Source: Deltaproteobacteria bacterium (GTDB lineage: Bacteria; Myxococcota; Kuafuiibacteriia; Kuafuiibacteriales; Kuafuiibacteriaceae). From it: a stretch of DNA of 64,000 bases. The stretch spans positions 224,001 to 288,000 of the forward strand of contig JAVJQW010000018.1 of assembly GCA_040218735.1 (NCBI GenBank). Direction: 5' to 3'. Positions 31,892-41,027 of this stretch are shown in pieces. Within the stretch, counting starts at the first letter, position 1. The number at the start of each line of letters is the position of its first letter. The notes under the pieces were generated by a model that saw nothing but the letters and a program-made list of their open reading frames with translations, was not told the DNA's origin and ran no database searches. The position numbers were made by a program, and so were the translations under genes.

Positions 31892-32509
31892 GTGGCGGAC
31901 GCGGCGCGGTACCCGATCCTCGCCGCACCGGTGCGCGAAGAGATCGAGATCGACCGCAGCCGCTTCATCGGGTCCCTCGCCAACGTCGAATCCGTCGAAG
32001 CCGCACGCGCGTTCATCGACGAGGTCTCCGCCGAGTACGCCGACGCCACGCACAACTGCTGGGCCTATGTCGTCGGTCCGCCGGGGAGCACCGCGAACAT
32101 CGGCATGAGCGACGACGGCGAGCCACACAACACGGCGGGGCGCCCGATGCTGAACGTGTTGTTGCACGCGGACGTCGGCGACGTCGTCGCGGTGGTCACG
32201 CGGTACTTCGGCGGTACCAAGCTCGGTCGGGGCGGCCTCGTGCGCGCGTACGGTGGTGCGGTGCAGGCGGCGCTCGACGCCGCGGCGCGGACGGAGCGGG
32301 TCGCCTGGTCGCAGCACGTCCTCACGTTCGATTACGCCGCCAAGCAGGCCCTCGAGAAACACTACCCCACGTTCGAGGTGGTCGTGGACGAGGAGATCTT
32401 CGGGGCCCAGATCCAGCACCGCGTCCGCCTCCCCGAGCCGAAGGTCGAGGCCTTCCTCGCCGCCGCGAACGACGCGACCCGCGGGCAGGTCGTCGTCGAA
32501 GACGCCTGA
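31892..32509 (+). CDS. yigZ: YigZ/IMPACT family protein
   Basis: SRFI, DATHNCWAY, SDDGEP..TAG.P, VTRYFGGTKLG.GGL.RAY. Confidence 0.93.
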   Translation: MADAARYPILAAPVREEIEIDRSRFIGSLANVESVEAARAFIDEVSAEYADATHNCWAYVVGPPGSTANIGMSDDGEPHNTAGRPMLNVLLHADVGDVVAVVTRYFGGTKLGRGGLVRAYGGAVQAALDAAARTERVAWSQHVLTFDYAAKQALEKHYPTFEVVVDEEIFGAQIQHRVRLPEPKVEAFLAAANDATRGQVVVEDA

Positions 32510-32550
32510 CCTTGCCAGCCACCCCGAGGCGTTGTTACGCGAGCACGACG

Positions 32551-33549
32551 ATGGATCTCGACCTCACCGAAGACCAACGGATGATCCTCGACTCGGTGCG
32601 CCGCTTCGCGACGGAGCGCCTCGCGCCGAACGCCTACGCCCACGACGCCGAGGTCGGCGTGCCGCGCGCCGTCTACGGTGAGCTCGCGGAGCTAGGGCTC
32701 ATGGGGATGTACGTCCCCGGCGACGACGGCGGCGCCGAGCTCGACACGATCACCGGCTGCCTCGTCGTCGAGGAGCTGTCGCGTCAGGACGCCTCGGTCG
32801 GCGCGCTCGTCGGTCTGCACAACGGCGTCGTGCTGCCGCACGTCCGCGCGGCGGGCGACGAAGCGAAGGCCCAGTGGCAGGACCGCTTGATCGGCGGCGA
32901 GGCGCTCGGCGCCGTGCTCCCCGGCTGCGCGGACGGCGCGTACACGAATCACTTCGTGCTCGGCGGTGACGCCGACCTCTTCGTCGGCGTCGGGGACTCC
33001 GCTCGTCTGTTCGAGGCATCGGCGGTCGAGGTCACGCCGATCGACAACCCGCTCGGGCTGCGCGGCGCGCGACCGGCGCGGGTGAAGGTCGAGGCGAAGG
33101 GCCCGACGTACGCGGCGCAGTCGCGCGCGGCGATCGACGTGCACCTCGCCGCGGTCGCGGTGGGCATCGGGCGCGGCGCGCTCGAGCAGGCGACGAGCTA
33201 CGCGCTCGAGCGCAAGCAGTTCAAACGACCCATCTCCGACTTCCAGGCCATCCAGTGGATGCTCGCGGACATGGCGACGGAGCTCGACGCCGCGCGGCTC
33301 CTCGTGCACCTCGCCGCTCACCGGACCGACGAGGGCACGGCGGACGCCTCGAAGGCACGTTTGTTCGCGACGGAGGCCGCGACGCGCGCGGCGATGAAGG
33401 CGATCCAGATCTACGGCGGCAACGGGTTCGTGCGTGAGTTCCCGGTCGAGCGCTTCCTGCGCGACGCCAAGACCCTCGGGACGATCGACGGCACCGTCGA
33501 CCGCCACCGCGACGTGATCGCTGCGTCGTTGCTCGCCGCAGTCAGCTGA
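32551..33549 (+). CDS. Acyl-CoA dehydrogenase family protein, shortened and degenerate
   Basis: LTEDQ, ERKQF..PISDFQAIQWMLADM, AIQIYGGNGF, ERFLRDAK; lacks TEP-x-AGSD and has IDGT in place of YEGT. Confidence 0.85.
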   Translation: MDLDLTEDQRMILDSVRRFATERLAPNAYAHDAEVGVPRAVYGELAELGLMGMYVPGDDGGAELDTITGCLVVEELSRQDASVGALVGLHNGVVLPHVRAAGDEAKAQWQDRLIGGEALGAVLPGCADGAYTNHFVLGGDADLFVGVGDSARLFEASAVEVTPIDNPLGLRGARPARVKVEAKGPTYAAQSRAAIDVHLAAVAVGIGRGALEQATSYALERKQFKRPISDFQAIQWMLADMATELDAARLLVHLAAHRTDEGTADASKARLFATEAATRAAMKAIQIYGGNGFVREFPVERFLRDAKTLGTIDGTVDRHRDVIAASLLAAVS

Positions 33550-33554
33550 CGCCG

Positions 33555-34892
33555 TCAGCTCAGATCGTCCGACTCGGTCAGGCTCATCGCGCCCGTGCCC
33601 GCGGACGCGACGCTCAGCGCTCCCGCCGTGTCTCCTTCGTCGACGAGGGTGAGCGCACCGGCGTGTGCGCGCGCGCGTGTGCGGATCGCCGAGATCGCCT
33701 TCTTCGCGGCGCGGCGCGGCTCCGAGAACGCGGGGTCGGCGCCGGACGCGAGGGACTCGAGCCACGGCATGCTCATCGCCGTGCCGATCTCTTCCAGCGC
33801 GGTGACCGCGGCGGCCATCGTCCCCGCGGTCGACATGTCGCCGTAGAAGCGCTGCAACAGCGCGAGCAGGGAGCGCTCCAGCTCCGAGCCGCGCGCGAGG
33901 GTGGCCGCGCGGATCACGAGATCGCTGTGGGCGGTGCTCGGTGTCAGTCGATCGAGCAGACGCGTGAACACCACGGGAGTCCCGTGTTCGAGCAACCACT
34001 CGGTCGCGCGGCGCGCCATCTCGCGTGACGAAGCGAGCGCCGCGGTCTCGAGCAGCGGTGACAGCTCGTCCCACGGCTCGTGCGCGAGGAGCTGCTCGAA
34101 GGCCTCGACGCGCTCTTCGTTTCGCTCGCCGATGATGACGAAGCGCTTGAGGTAGTTGCGGCCGTCCTCGTTGTCGAGCGCGCGCGCCGCCAGGAACGCG
34201 TTGCGTGCGACGGGATCCTCCAGGGCCCGCGTGAGCGTCTCGACGGTGCGGTCCTCTCCGCGGTGTCGCTGCAGGAGCAGCGCGAGGAGGTGGCGTCGCA
34301 CGAGCGGGTGGCTGTCCCCGAGCGCCCCCTCGTGCACGCGGTCGAGCTCGTACCCATTCGAGTCCGCGAACACCCGCGCGAGCTCGACGACGCGATCGAT
34401 CGCGATCAGCAACATCCGCGAGTCGTGCCCGGTGGTGCGGAAGTGAATCGTCCCGTCCTCGACCTCGGTCCCGAGGAGGCGCGTGAGCGTCTCACGCGTC
34501 GAGCTGCTCATCAGCGCGGCGACCTCGGCCTTGGGGCCGCACACCGCGAACAGCGAGTCGAAGTAACGATCCCCCGTCGTGACCCGCTCGTCGTCTGCGC
34601 GCGCTCGGTAGCGCGCGGCGGGCGCGATGCGCAGCCACTTCGGGATGCGCTCGTCGCTCTCCAAGAAGATGCGCGCCGCGTCCGAGTGCCCTTCGACCGT
34701 CAGCGTGAAGCCGTGGACCGGCCCGACGAGCTTCGTCGCGCCGCGGGAAGGCGCGGGGAGGGCGAGGTGCTCCGCGACCTCGTCGAGCGCCAGCGGCGAC
34801 GGCCCCGCACGCGCGGGCAACGCGGGGCGCCCGACGGCGAAGTACCCCGCGACCGTCATGGCCACGAGCAAGAACAGCTCGAACGCACCCAC
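33555..34892 (-). CDS. Hypothetical membrane-anchored protein with HEAT-like repeats
   Basis: N-terminal TM, helical repeats (ALEDPV, ALEEIG), C-terminal GALT/GALS/GAMS repeats. Confidence 0.65.
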   Translation of the reverse strand: MGAFELFLLVAMTVAGYFAVGRPALPARAGPSPLALDEVAEHLALPAPSRGATKLVGPVHGFTLTVEGHSDAARIFLESDERIPKWLRIAPAARYRARADDERVTTGDRYFDSLFAVCGPKAEVAALMSSSTRETLTRLLGTEVEDGTIHFRTTGHDSRMLLIAIDRVVELARVFADSNGYELDRVHEGALGDSHPLVRRHLLALLLQRHRGEDRTVETLTRALEDPVARNAFLAARALDNEDGRNYLKRFVIIGERNEERVEAFEQLLAHEPWDELSPLLETAALASSREMARRATEWLLEHGTPVVFTRLLDRLTPSTAHSDLVIRAATLARGSELERSLLALLQRFYGDMSTAGTMAAAVTALEEIGTAMSMPWLESLASGADPAFSEPRRAAKKAISAIRTRARAHAGALTLVDEGDTAGALSVASAGTGAMSLTESDDLS

Positions 34893-34953
34893 GTCCCCCC
34901 ATCGTGCCAGCCGTGTCCCTGCGTCGAAAAGATCCCGGTGCTAACCTCGCCGA

Positions 34954-36498
34954 ATGGCGGGACTCTCCAGGCACCTGTTCGTCGTCGCCGTCCTGCTCGC
35001 CGGGTGCTCCGGCGCGACCGAGGTCCCCACTCCCCGCGACGCCGGTGACGCCAGCGCCCCGGACGACGACGCCGGTTTTCGCGACGGAGGATTCACACGC
35101 GACGCCGGACCTCCGCCCGACGCCGGTACCGAGGACGCGGGCGTCCGCGACGGCGGCGCCCGCGACGCGGGCGGCGTGCCGCGTCGCTGTGATCGCGCGC
35201 GCGCGCCCATCGCGGGCGGCGGCGCGAGCACCGAACCGCTCGCCGGCGAGCTCGAGGTGTTCCTCGTGGATCGCGCGACCGGCGACCCGGTGGTGCAGGC
35301 CGACGTCGTCGTCCACGTCGGGACGTCTTCGATCGCGGATCGAACGGATGGCGTGGGGTGCGTCGTCTTCGTGGACCCCATCCTCACGGGCACCGTCTCG
35401 GTGAGTGTGTTCGACACACGCTACGCGTACCGCACCGTCGTGGGCTTCGCGCGCGACCGCGTCACGATGCCGATGTTCAACGTCGGCTCGGGCGCGCCGG
35501 CCGTTCGTCAGGGGCGGGTGCTCGGGATCGTCGACGGGTTCGACGTCCTCACTTCGTCCACCGCTGCGCGCGCACGCGTGGGGGTCGTCGAGCCGATCCG
35601 CACCGACGTGTTCCGGAGGGTGTTCACCCAACCGCCGCGCGGCGGCGGCGCGCCGTACCGTCGCAACGTCGCTGCCGTCGGCGGTCCGAGCATGGCGAAC
35701 CTCATCGGCTACGACGTGCTCGTCGACGCGCGGTTCACGAGCGGGCTCGTGGTGTGGGGCGGCACCGAGGACGCCAACGAACGCCTCTTCACGCACCTCG
35801 GTATCTCGACGGGGCTCGCGCTCGAGCCGGACGAGATCGAGATGGGCCGCGGCCTCGCGATCATGCAGCCCCTCGACACCCCGATCGTCGTGCGCCACGG
35901 CGCCGCGCTCGGTCTGATCGAGAAGCGCTTCGCGGCCACGCTCGTCCTCGCGGACGGTGAAGTCATCGAGCTGGCGCGCGAGGTTCGGCGCGAAGATTCG
36001 ACGCCGACGTTGCTCGCGGCTGCACCGTCCCTCGCCGGTCCCATTGCGGGCGCACGGTACGGTGGCGTCGTGACGGAGTGGCAGCAGTCGATGGACCGCG
36101 GGGCGTTCAGCACCATCGTCTTCACGAACACCACGACGAGCACCACGGTCGACGTCGGCCGAATGCCCGCGCTCCCGACGTTGAGCTCCGAGGGGCGCGA
36201 CGTGACGATCACCGTGGAGCCGGACGTCGCGTCCTACGTGCGCTTCGAGATCTCCAACCGCTGGGTGGTGACCGTCGCCGACGGCGCGTCGACGGTGAGC
36301 GTCCCGCCCGTGCCCGCGCCGTACTTCGATCCGCTCTCGGCGCAGACCGCGGTCGTCGTCACCGCGTTGGGGCTCGCGCCGCTCGACCTCCAGGTGCTCG
36401 CCGCCCAGGACCCGTACGCGGAGGACCTCCCGTTGGTGCCCGAGCTCGCGCGTGCGATCCGGCGGTGGGTTCAGGACGGCTTCGTCCTCGAACCGTGA
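34954..36498 (+). CDS. RDAG-repeat lipoprotein with beta-sandwich domains
   Basis: Lipobox LLAGC, DAG repeats, V.D..TG.PV..A.V carboxypeptidase-regulatory-like start. Confidence 0.7.
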   Translation: MAGLSRHLFVVAVLLAGCSGATEVPTPRDAGDASAPDDDAGFRDGGFTRDAGPPPDAGTEDAGVRDGGARDAGGVPRRCDRARAPIAGGGASTEPLAGELEVFLVDRATGDPVVQADVVVHVGTSSIADRTDGVGCVVFVDPILTGTVSVSVFDTRYAYRTVVGFARDRVTMPMFNVGSGAPAVRQGRVLGIVDGFDVLTSSTAARARVGVVEPIRTDVFRRVFTQPPRGGGAPYRRNVAAVGGPSMANLIGYDVLVDARFTSGLVVWGGTEDANERLFTHLGISTGLALEPDEIEMGRGLAIMQPLDTPIVVRHGAALGLIEKRFAATLVLADGEVIELAREVRREDSTPTLLAAAPSLAGPIAGARYGGVVTEWQQSMDRGAFSTIVFTNTTTSTTVDVGRMPALPTLSSEGRDVTITVEPDVASYVRFEISNRWVVTVADGASTVSVPPVPAPYFDPLSAQTAVVVTALGLAPLDLQVLAAQDPYAEDLPLVPELARAIRRWVQDGFVLEP

Positions 36499-37896
36499 TC
36501 ATTCGTTGCAGCTGACGAACGGGGCTTCGAGCTCGAGGACGTCGGCGAAGAACGTCCCGAAGAAGTCGATCTGGTTCACGAGCACGTAGGTCTGCTCGTC
36601 GATCGCGACGAGGTCGCGGTTGTAGCCGTCGACGAGGATGACGTCGTCGTTGTCGTCGACCTCACCGCACACCCCTCGCGCTTCGTCCCAGAAGCTCGCG
36701 AAGCTCGCCGGCGGGTTGAAGCCGACGACCCGCGTGACCCAGATGGCCGGACCGACGGCGGCGGAAGCGACGGGATAACCTTGGACCTCGTACTGCTCGC
36801 GCCAGGCGCCGTCGCTGTAGATGAAGACGAGCCCCTGCAGGCCGAAACGCCCGGTCGCGACCGTCGCCACCGTCCCGTACCTGGGGTGTTGGAGCACCGA
36901 GGTGACCGCGCCGCGCCCCTCGATGTTCTCGCTCGACACCGCTCCGTTCTTGTAACGCGTGATGTCCGCGTCGCGTTCGACGTCGAAGGCGATCGCCTCC
37001 CCCGGTCCGACCCACGCGGCCGAGATGATGGGGTCGCCGTTGCCGCTCCGGCTCGCGAGCAGCGTCCAACGATCACCATCGAAGCGGGAGAAGGACCGCT
37101 GGTTCCCCGACGCGACGAGGAACAGCTCGAACGGGCCGTCGTCGTTGGAGCGCGGGCCGACGAGCTGACCGGAGTCCGCGCCCGCCGCGACCGACGCGGT
37201 CGCGCTGAGGACCTCGAAGCCCTCGTCGAACGAACCGATGTACGTCTGGCCCGCGCGATCGACGGCGTAGGTCGTGCCGTCGTCGCGCACGAAGGCCGCG
37301 ACGAAGGGCTGCACGGTTTCGAGGGTTCGTTTCTCGACGGAGCCGTCGCGTGCGATGCGGTAGAGGTTGCCGCTCTGCGCGGCGACGACCACGTGGTCCG
37401 GGTCCGTCCGCACCGTGAACGCGTAGACCTCGGTGTCGGGGTTCGGGAGGATCACCCGCTTCGGCGGGCCGAAGCGCCCCGCGGTGGTGCAGACATCGAC
37501 GGCCGGCATTCGGTCGAGCGCCGACTGCAGGGCTTCGTCGGGCTCCGCCGCGGACCACGCCACGGGGCCGTCCTTCGCCAGCGTCGTCGCGTAGGTCGCG
37601 AGCGGTGGCAGCTCGAACCCGACGTCCGCCGCCGTCGAGCCGATCGGTATGGCGCCGGCGGGCAAGCCGGTACGGTCGAGGGGACACGAGAACGTCAGCG
37701 CCCACAGCTCGAGGTCGCTACGTTGGACGATCGCGGGGAGGTGAAGGCCGTCCTCACCCGCGGGGACACCGATCGCCTGCTCTTGGGCGCCGAGCGCGAC
37801 GAGCACCGCAGACTGCGCGCCGGTGAGGTCGGGCGCGCTGCCCTTCTCGACGGCGTGACAGGCGCAGAGCGCGAGCAGCGGGAGGTGACGTCTCAC
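36499..37896 (-). CDS. Lipoprotein with probable beta-propeller C-terminus
   Basis: GTG start overlapping the upstream TGA; LLALCAC; RFDGDRW, YSDGAW blade-like motifs. Confidence 0.7.
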   Translation of the reverse strand: MRRHLPLLALCACHAVEKGSAPDLTGAQSAVLVALGAQEQAIGVPAGEDGLHLPAIVQRSDLELWALTFSCPLDRTGLPAGAIPIGSTAADVGFELPPLATYATTLAKDGPVAWSAAEPDEALQSALDRMPAVDVCTTAGRFGPPKRVILPNPDTEVYAFTVRTDPDHVVVAAQSGNLYRIARDGSVEKRTLETVQPFVAAFVRDDGTTYAVDRAGQTYIGSFDEGFEVLSATASVAAGADSGQLVGPRSNDDGPFELFLVASGNQRSFSRFDGDRWTLLASRSGNGDPIISAAWVGPGEAIAFDVERDADITRYKNGAVSSENIEGRGAVTSVLQHPRYGTVATVATGRFGLQGLVFIYSDGAWREQYEVQGYPVASAAVGPAIWVTRVVGFNPPASFASFWDEARGVCGEVDDNDDVILVDGYNRDLVAIDEQTYVLVNQIDFFGTFFADVLELEAPFVSCNE

Positions 37897-38492
37897 GGGC
37901 GCTCCACCGCGCTCTCTTCGGGGATGTCGTCGGGTTCGGTGCGGTACGCCTGGAGCTTCCCTTCGATGACGAGCTGCGGCTCGCCTTCCCGGAGATCGTA
38001 GACGCGCATCTGTACGGGGCCGACGTCGCGCGCGTAGGTCCACTCGACCTTGTGGATGTCGCCGAGGATCTCGATCACCACGATGCAGTCGTCGAACTTG
38101 CCAGCGGGCACCTCGACCGTCGCGCCCACCTCGGCGATGCGCACGATGCCGCCGATCGGGATCTCCCAGCGTGCGCCGAGCTCGATCGGGTCCTTCAGCA
38201 GGTGGTAGCGCGACTCGGGTTTGAAGATGCCGTCCGGGACGAGGTGATAGGTGACGCGCTCGCGGATGGAGTCGATCGTGAACTGCTCGGCGGTTACGTC
38301 GGTCATGCGCGAGGTGACGAGCACCGGCCCCTGGCCCTCGATACGGTGGTCCACGACCTGGTGGGCCCATGCGTTGCCGTCGCGCACCGGGTAGTAGTCG
38401 CGCGCGGTCGCGGGACCCTGAGGCTCGGCGCCGTTCGGCTGCGCGCCCGCGCACGCCACCGCCAACAAACACCCTCCGGCCCACCACCGCAT
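37893..38492 (-). CDS. Hypothetical lipoprotein (DUF3108/TapB-like beta protein)
   Basis: LLAVAC; YYP...GN.W, VEVPAGKF..C, YARDVGPV. Confidence 0.75.
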   Translation of the reverse strand: MRWWAGGCLLAVACAGAQPNGAEPQGPATARDYYPVRDGNAWAHQVVDHRIEGQGPVLVTSRMTDVTAEQFTIDSIRERVTYHLVPDGIFKPESRYHLLKDPIELGARWEIPIGGIVRIAEVGATVEVPAGKFDDCIVVIEILGDIHKVEWTYARDVGPVQMRVYDLREGEPQLVIEGKLQAYRTEPDDIPEESAVERP

Positions 38493-38567
38493 CGCGGCCG
38501 AGAGCATAACCGAATTCGGGCGCAGGCTCCGCGCGACGCCTTGCGGCGGGGGACGGGCGCACGGAAG

Positions 38568-41027
38568 ATGCGCACCATGGACCTCGGCCGGGTCGTGCTC
38601 ATCGCGGCGGTCCTCGGGCCGGCCTGCCACCCTACCCACGCGGTCACGCTCCCTACGCCGCCCGCCGACGCGCAGTCGGGGGTGATCGCTTTCGACGACG
38701 TGGGCGGCGCCACCGCCGTGGGGTTCTCCGTCGAAACGCCGCCGCCGGCCGCCACCGTGTCGGCGGGCGCCGATGTCCTGGTGTTGTACTTCGACCGCCC
38801 GCTCGAGTCCCTGGGGCTCGCCCGCGGTCCGATCGAGCTGGGCGATGCGCTGCCGTTCCCGCGCGCGACGGTCGCGCACGCCGCCGAGGTCACGCGCGGC
38901 GCGCTCGTCTTCGAGTCGGTGGACGTCGATGCACCGGAGGTCCTCGCGCTGCGTCGCCCCGAGGTTCCGCTGGAGGCGTGCTTCGAAGGGGGCGGGTGTT
39001 ACGCGAGGCCGGAGGACATCGCCGCCCGGATCTGCACCGCGCCGTGTCCGGGTGTCGCGCCGATGCTCCCCGAGCCGGCCGCGCCCCCCGAGCCACCGAG
39101 CTTCGACGAGTGCCCGAGCGGGTGGAGCGGCGGCGCGAACGGGTGTGTCCCGCCGCCGCGGTCGCCGTGTGCGGCGCACGAGGCGCAGTGGGTCGGGGCG
39201 ACGGCGTGTGCGCGGATCGGCGGCGTGTGTCCGGGGGTCGGGGCGTGGTCGGCGGAGCTGCCGCCGGGGAATGTCGTCTACGTGCGCGCGGGCGCGGTCG
39301 GCGGCGACGGGACGACCGCGACGCCGTACGGGACGATCGTCGAGGCGATCGCGCAGAGCTCGGGGGAGCGCGTCGTCGCGTTGGCGCCCGGGACCTACGC
39401 GGAGAACGTCGTGCTCGAAGACGGCGTGACGTTGTTCGGCGCGTGTGTCGAATCGACGTTCGTCGAAGCACCGAACGGCGTCGCGATCTCGCTCCCGACG
39501 GGCGTCGCCCGCGTCGCGAACCTCACGGTGCGCGGCGCGCGGCTCGCGCTGGAGACACTCGCGACGCAGCCGGGCAACCGGCTCACCCTCGAAGACCTCG
39601 CCGTCGAACAGAACGGAACGGGGGCGATCGTCCGGGGCGTCGGGCCGGTCGAGCTCATCGCGCGGCGGGTGGTGGTGCGCGGCGGAGGCGAGGCGGCGTT
39701 CAACCTCGGCGGCGGCGCGACGGGCGACCTCGCGCAGGTGGTCACGCAAGTCCGCGGTCGAGACCTGTGGGCGACGGGCGCAGACACCCACGTCGTGTTG
39801 TCCGAAGCCGTGCTCGCGGAGGTCGGCAGCGGCGGGGACCCGACCGCGATCGACGTGCAGCAGAGCGCGCACGTCGACGCGACGGCGGTCGCCGTGTTGC
39901 GTCAGGTGGGGCCGGCGTTGCGTGCGCGCGAGCTCGGGACGGCGACCCTCGAAGGTGTCTACATCGATCAGACGAACGGTGACGCCGTGCGCGCGCAGGG
40001 CGGCGGCATCATCCGGCTGTCACGCGCGTCGATCGCCGGGACGGCCGGGACCGCGTTGGACGTCGAGACCGGGACCGTCGCGTGCACCGACGTCGCGATC
40101 GCAGCAGCGCGCGCGGCGGCGCCCGCGATCGATCTCGTCGCCGCCGCGCAGCTCACGCTCCGTCGCGTGCACCTGGAGGGTGCGATCGGGACGGGCCTCG
40201 TCGCCTACAACGTCGGGACGCGCATCGTCGCGGAAGACTTCTCGGTCGTCGACACACGACCGCGAAGCGGCGCACCGACGCCGTCCGGTGACGCCATCAC
40301 GCTCTACCCCGGCGTCCGCTTCGACATGCGTCGGGTGCGGATCGACGACGCCGTGGCCGCGGGGTTTCAGGTCCTCGGGTCGCGCGACGTTCCTCCCGGC
40401 CCGCTCGCGTCCGGGCACATCGAGGACCTCACGATTCGGCGCACGGGGCCCCGCATCGACTACGACGCGTACGGGCTGTACTTCACCGGGAACGTCGAAG
40501 CCGAAGTCGAGCGCGCGCACTTGGAGGACATCGCGTACTTCGGCGTGCTCGTCGCGGGCGGGGCGGTCGTGCGCGCAATGCATCTGACGCTGGAGGACGT
40601 CTTCATGGGCGTGCGAAGCGACTCCGTGGGCGACGTCAGCGTGGAGCGGGTGTCGGTCGTCGGCTCGCGCGCGGGCGCGCTGTGTGTGAAGGGCGACAGC
40701 CACGCCTTCGCGCGGGACGTGACGATCGCGGACCTCGTGGTGCGCCGCGACTCGGACGACTTCGAAGCGTTCTGTGCGATCGGCGTCCCGGCCGACGGCT
40801 CCGGCATCGTCGTGAACAACATCGCGACGCTCGACCTCGCGCGGTACAGCGTCGCGCGCACCGAAGGGATCGGGATGTCGTTGCGCGGGCGTGAGGGGGT
40901 CGTCGCGACGGACGGAGCGTTCGTCGACGTCGGCTTGGCGGCGCAGCTCGCGCCCGAGCTGTTGCTCGAAGACGTGCTCGTGCGGACGACGTTCGGCGGA
41001 GCGGGTGTGCCGCTCGACGTGCAGTGA
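38568..41027 (+). CDS. Cys-rich lipoprotein with right-handed beta-helix (DUF1565-like start)
   Basis: LGPAC lipobox; YVRAGAVGGDGT..TPYGTI.EA, LAPGTYAENV, GACVE; beta-helix repeats. Confidence 0.8.
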   Translation: MRTMDLGRVVLIAAVLGPACHPTHAVTLPTPPADAQSGVIAFDDVGGATAVGFSVETPPPAATVSAGADVLVLYFDRPLESLGLARGPIELGDALPFPRATVAHAAEVTRGALVFESVDVDAPEVLALRRPEVPLEACFEGGGCYARPEDIAARICTAPCPGVAPMLPEPAAPPEPPSFDECPSGWSGGANGCVPPPRSPCAAHEAQWVGATACARIGGVCPGVGAWSAELPPGNVVYVRAGAVGGDGTTATPYGTIVEAIAQSSGERVVALAPGTYAENVVLEDGVTLFGACVESTFVEAPNGVAISLPTGVARVANLTVRGARLALETLATQPGNRLTLEDLAVEQNGTGAIVRGVGPVELIARRVVVRGGGEAAFNLGGGATGDLAQVVTQVRGRDLWATGADTHVVLSEAVLAEVGSGGDPTAIDVQQSAHVDATAVAVLRQVGPALRARELGTATLEGVYIDQTNGDAVRAQGGGIIRLSRASIAGTAGTALDVETGTVACTDVAIAAARAAAPAIDLVAAAQLTLRRVHLEGAIGTGLVAYNVGTRIVAEDFSVVDTRPRSGAPTPSGDAITLYPGVRFDMRRVRIDDAVAAGFQVLGSRDVPPGPLASGHIEDLTIRRTGPRIDYDAYGLYFTGNVEAEVERAHLEDIAYFGVLVAGGAVVRAMHLTLEDVFMGVRSDSVGDVSVERVSVVGSRAGALCVKGDSHAFARDVTIADLVVRRDSDDFEAFCAIGVPADGSGIVVNNIATLDLARYSVARTEGIGMSLRGREGVVATDGAFVDVGLAAQLAPELLLEDVLVRTTFGGAGVPLDVQ

